Assembly: GCA_047967505.1 (NCBI GenBank)
Contig: CM106538.1
Source of the DNA: Dipteris shenzhenensis
Lineage: Eukaryota
Length of the DNA stretch: 64,000 nucleotides
Reading direction: 5' to 3' (one strand)
The notes under the pieces are model-generated. The model ran no database searches, had not been told where the DNA came from, and worked only from the letters and a program-made list of their open reading frames with translations. A program made the position numbers and the translations under genes. How positions within the stretch are numbered: the first letter of the stretch is position 1; every line of letters begins with the position of its first letter. Below are positions 62,295-64,000 of the stretch, in pieces.

Positions 62295-64000
62295 TCATTA
62301 CCATCCTCATGGGATACTTTTCGTACTGCTATCAGGAACTCTACACCTGGTAGAGCATTGAACTTTGATGATGTGGTTGGTAGCTTGTTGGCTGAGGAGA
62401 TTAGACAGAAGTCAATGGAAGGCAACAAGCAGGATGCAACCTTAAATGTGCAAAGGGGCAGATCACAGTCGAGGGGGAAGTTTCAAGAAAGAGGAAAGTC
62501 CCATAGCAAGTCTAGGGCACAGAAGATTAAGTGTCACCATTGTGGCAAGAAGGGCCACATGAAAAAGGATTGCTACAAGCTTAAAAGAGAGCAAAAGGAT
62601 AAGAAAAAGAATGCAAATTGGGGTGCAAATCAAAAGGAAGAGAGTCCAAGGGAGGACAAAGGAAAAGTGAAGATCGAGGAGATCAATGCAGTCACACATG
62701 ATAGTGACAATGACATTCTCTTCATGTCTAGTTTATCTACAAAGTTGCTTACCACTTCAGATGATGCATATTCCCAAGATTGGATTTTGGATTTTGGTGC
62801 TTCATTCCATGTTACTCCCCATAGGGAATGGTTCTCCACTTATGATAGTGGAAAGACAGGTTGTGTGCATCTTGGAAATGACTATCCATGTGACAATGGG
62901 AGTAGGTGACATAAAGCTTTCTTTTGCAAATGGGTTTGCATTTATTTTGAAAAATGTGAGACATGTGCCTAAGCTGACCAAGAGTCTCATTTCAACGTGT
63001 CAGCTAGATGAATCTAGTTTTCAGACCATCTTTGGTTCTGAGAGTTGGAAAATTGAGAAGGGCTCTATGCTTTTGGCCAAGGGTGCCAAGTGTGGGACTT
63101 TGTATCCCTTACATGTATCAGGGGTGTTTGATCATGTTGTTGCAATAACCGAGCAGCCAAGCACTTCTTTATGGCATTGCCAATTGGGCCATATGAGCCA
63201 AAATGGGATAAAGAGTTTGAAAAGCTTGATTTTGTGCATTCAAACATATGTGGTCCCATGGCTACATGGTCATTAAGCGGCACTAAATACTATGTGACAT
63301 TCAGTGATGATGCAACTAGGAAAGTGTGGGCTTATGCTACAACTCATAAGATTGATGTGTTTCAGGTATTTCAAAAATGGCTGGCCTTGGTTAAGAATCA
63401 GTCAGGTAGAATGCTTAAATGCCTATGGACTGACAATGGTGGAGAGTATCTCTCTCATGACTTTCAACATTTCTGTGATACACATGGGATTAAGAGGGAG
63501 CTCACATCCTCTCATACTCCAGAGCAAAATCCAGTTGCAAAAAAGATGAACCGTACCATTCAAGAAAGGTTGCAATGTATGCTTTCCAATGCAAGTCTTT
63601 CTGGTGGTTTTTGGGCTGAGGCAATGAAGACTGTAGTGCATGTGATCAATAGATCACCTAGTAAGAGTTTGGATGGTGGTATTCCTAAAAAGGCAAGGAG
63701 TGGCAAGAAGCCCTCTTACTCTCATTTGTGTATATTTGGGTGTGAGGCATATGCACATGTGCCAAAAGAGCTTTGAAAGAAGCTAGATCCTAAGTCTAGG
63801 AAATGCATTTTTTGGGTTATGGTGAAAGTGGAGGGATGGGCTATCGTCTCTGGGATCCAGAAGCAAAGAAGATCATACGCAGCCATGATGTAGCCTTCAA
63901 TGAGAAGAAGATGCATAAGGCACCCATGAGGGATATGGAAATGAGGAGAATCACTTTCCATGACGTCAATCCACCTGCATATGTTGCTAGACAGCAAGCC
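62295..64000 (+). mobile_element. Copia fragment (gag C-terminus, PR, INT), same family as 6933-11285; runs off the window
   Basis: Close protein match (LPSSWDTF, CHHCGKKGHMKKDC, TDNGGEY, INRSPSKSLDGG); 5'-truncated. Confidence 0.92.

Overview
Repeat-rich nuclear DNA from a non-seed land plant, most likely a fern (inferred from the PLS-class PPR gene with extended L motifs and from the TE families). Sequence is mostly CpG-depleted and decayed by C>T/G>A changes. The one recognisable full-length host gene is a PLS-E PPR RNA-editing factor (34206-37327) split by a frameshifting deletion of about 22 nt. The rest is nested mobile DNA: a MULE/SWIM transposon, two inverted and complementarily deleted copies of one Gypsy family, two copies of one Copia family, a full-length Copia, a gag-only TR-GAG element with a TSD, a solo LTR, a Tourist-like MITE, a decayed LINE and a ~870-bp tandem array. 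The most unusual observations are three. (i) An ~11-kb element bounded by inverted subterminal repeats carries a spliced ParB/Srx-like plus N6/N4-methyltransferase-like gene, long GTTAAC-centred palindromes and a captured BRUTUS fragment. (ii) An exon in the MULE region begins MARTKSTARK, like a histone H3 tail. (iii) The tandem array repeats an exon-like cassette and abuts a kinase fragment. All domain calls come from motif recognition by eye; no searches were run, and boundaries of decayed elements are approximate.
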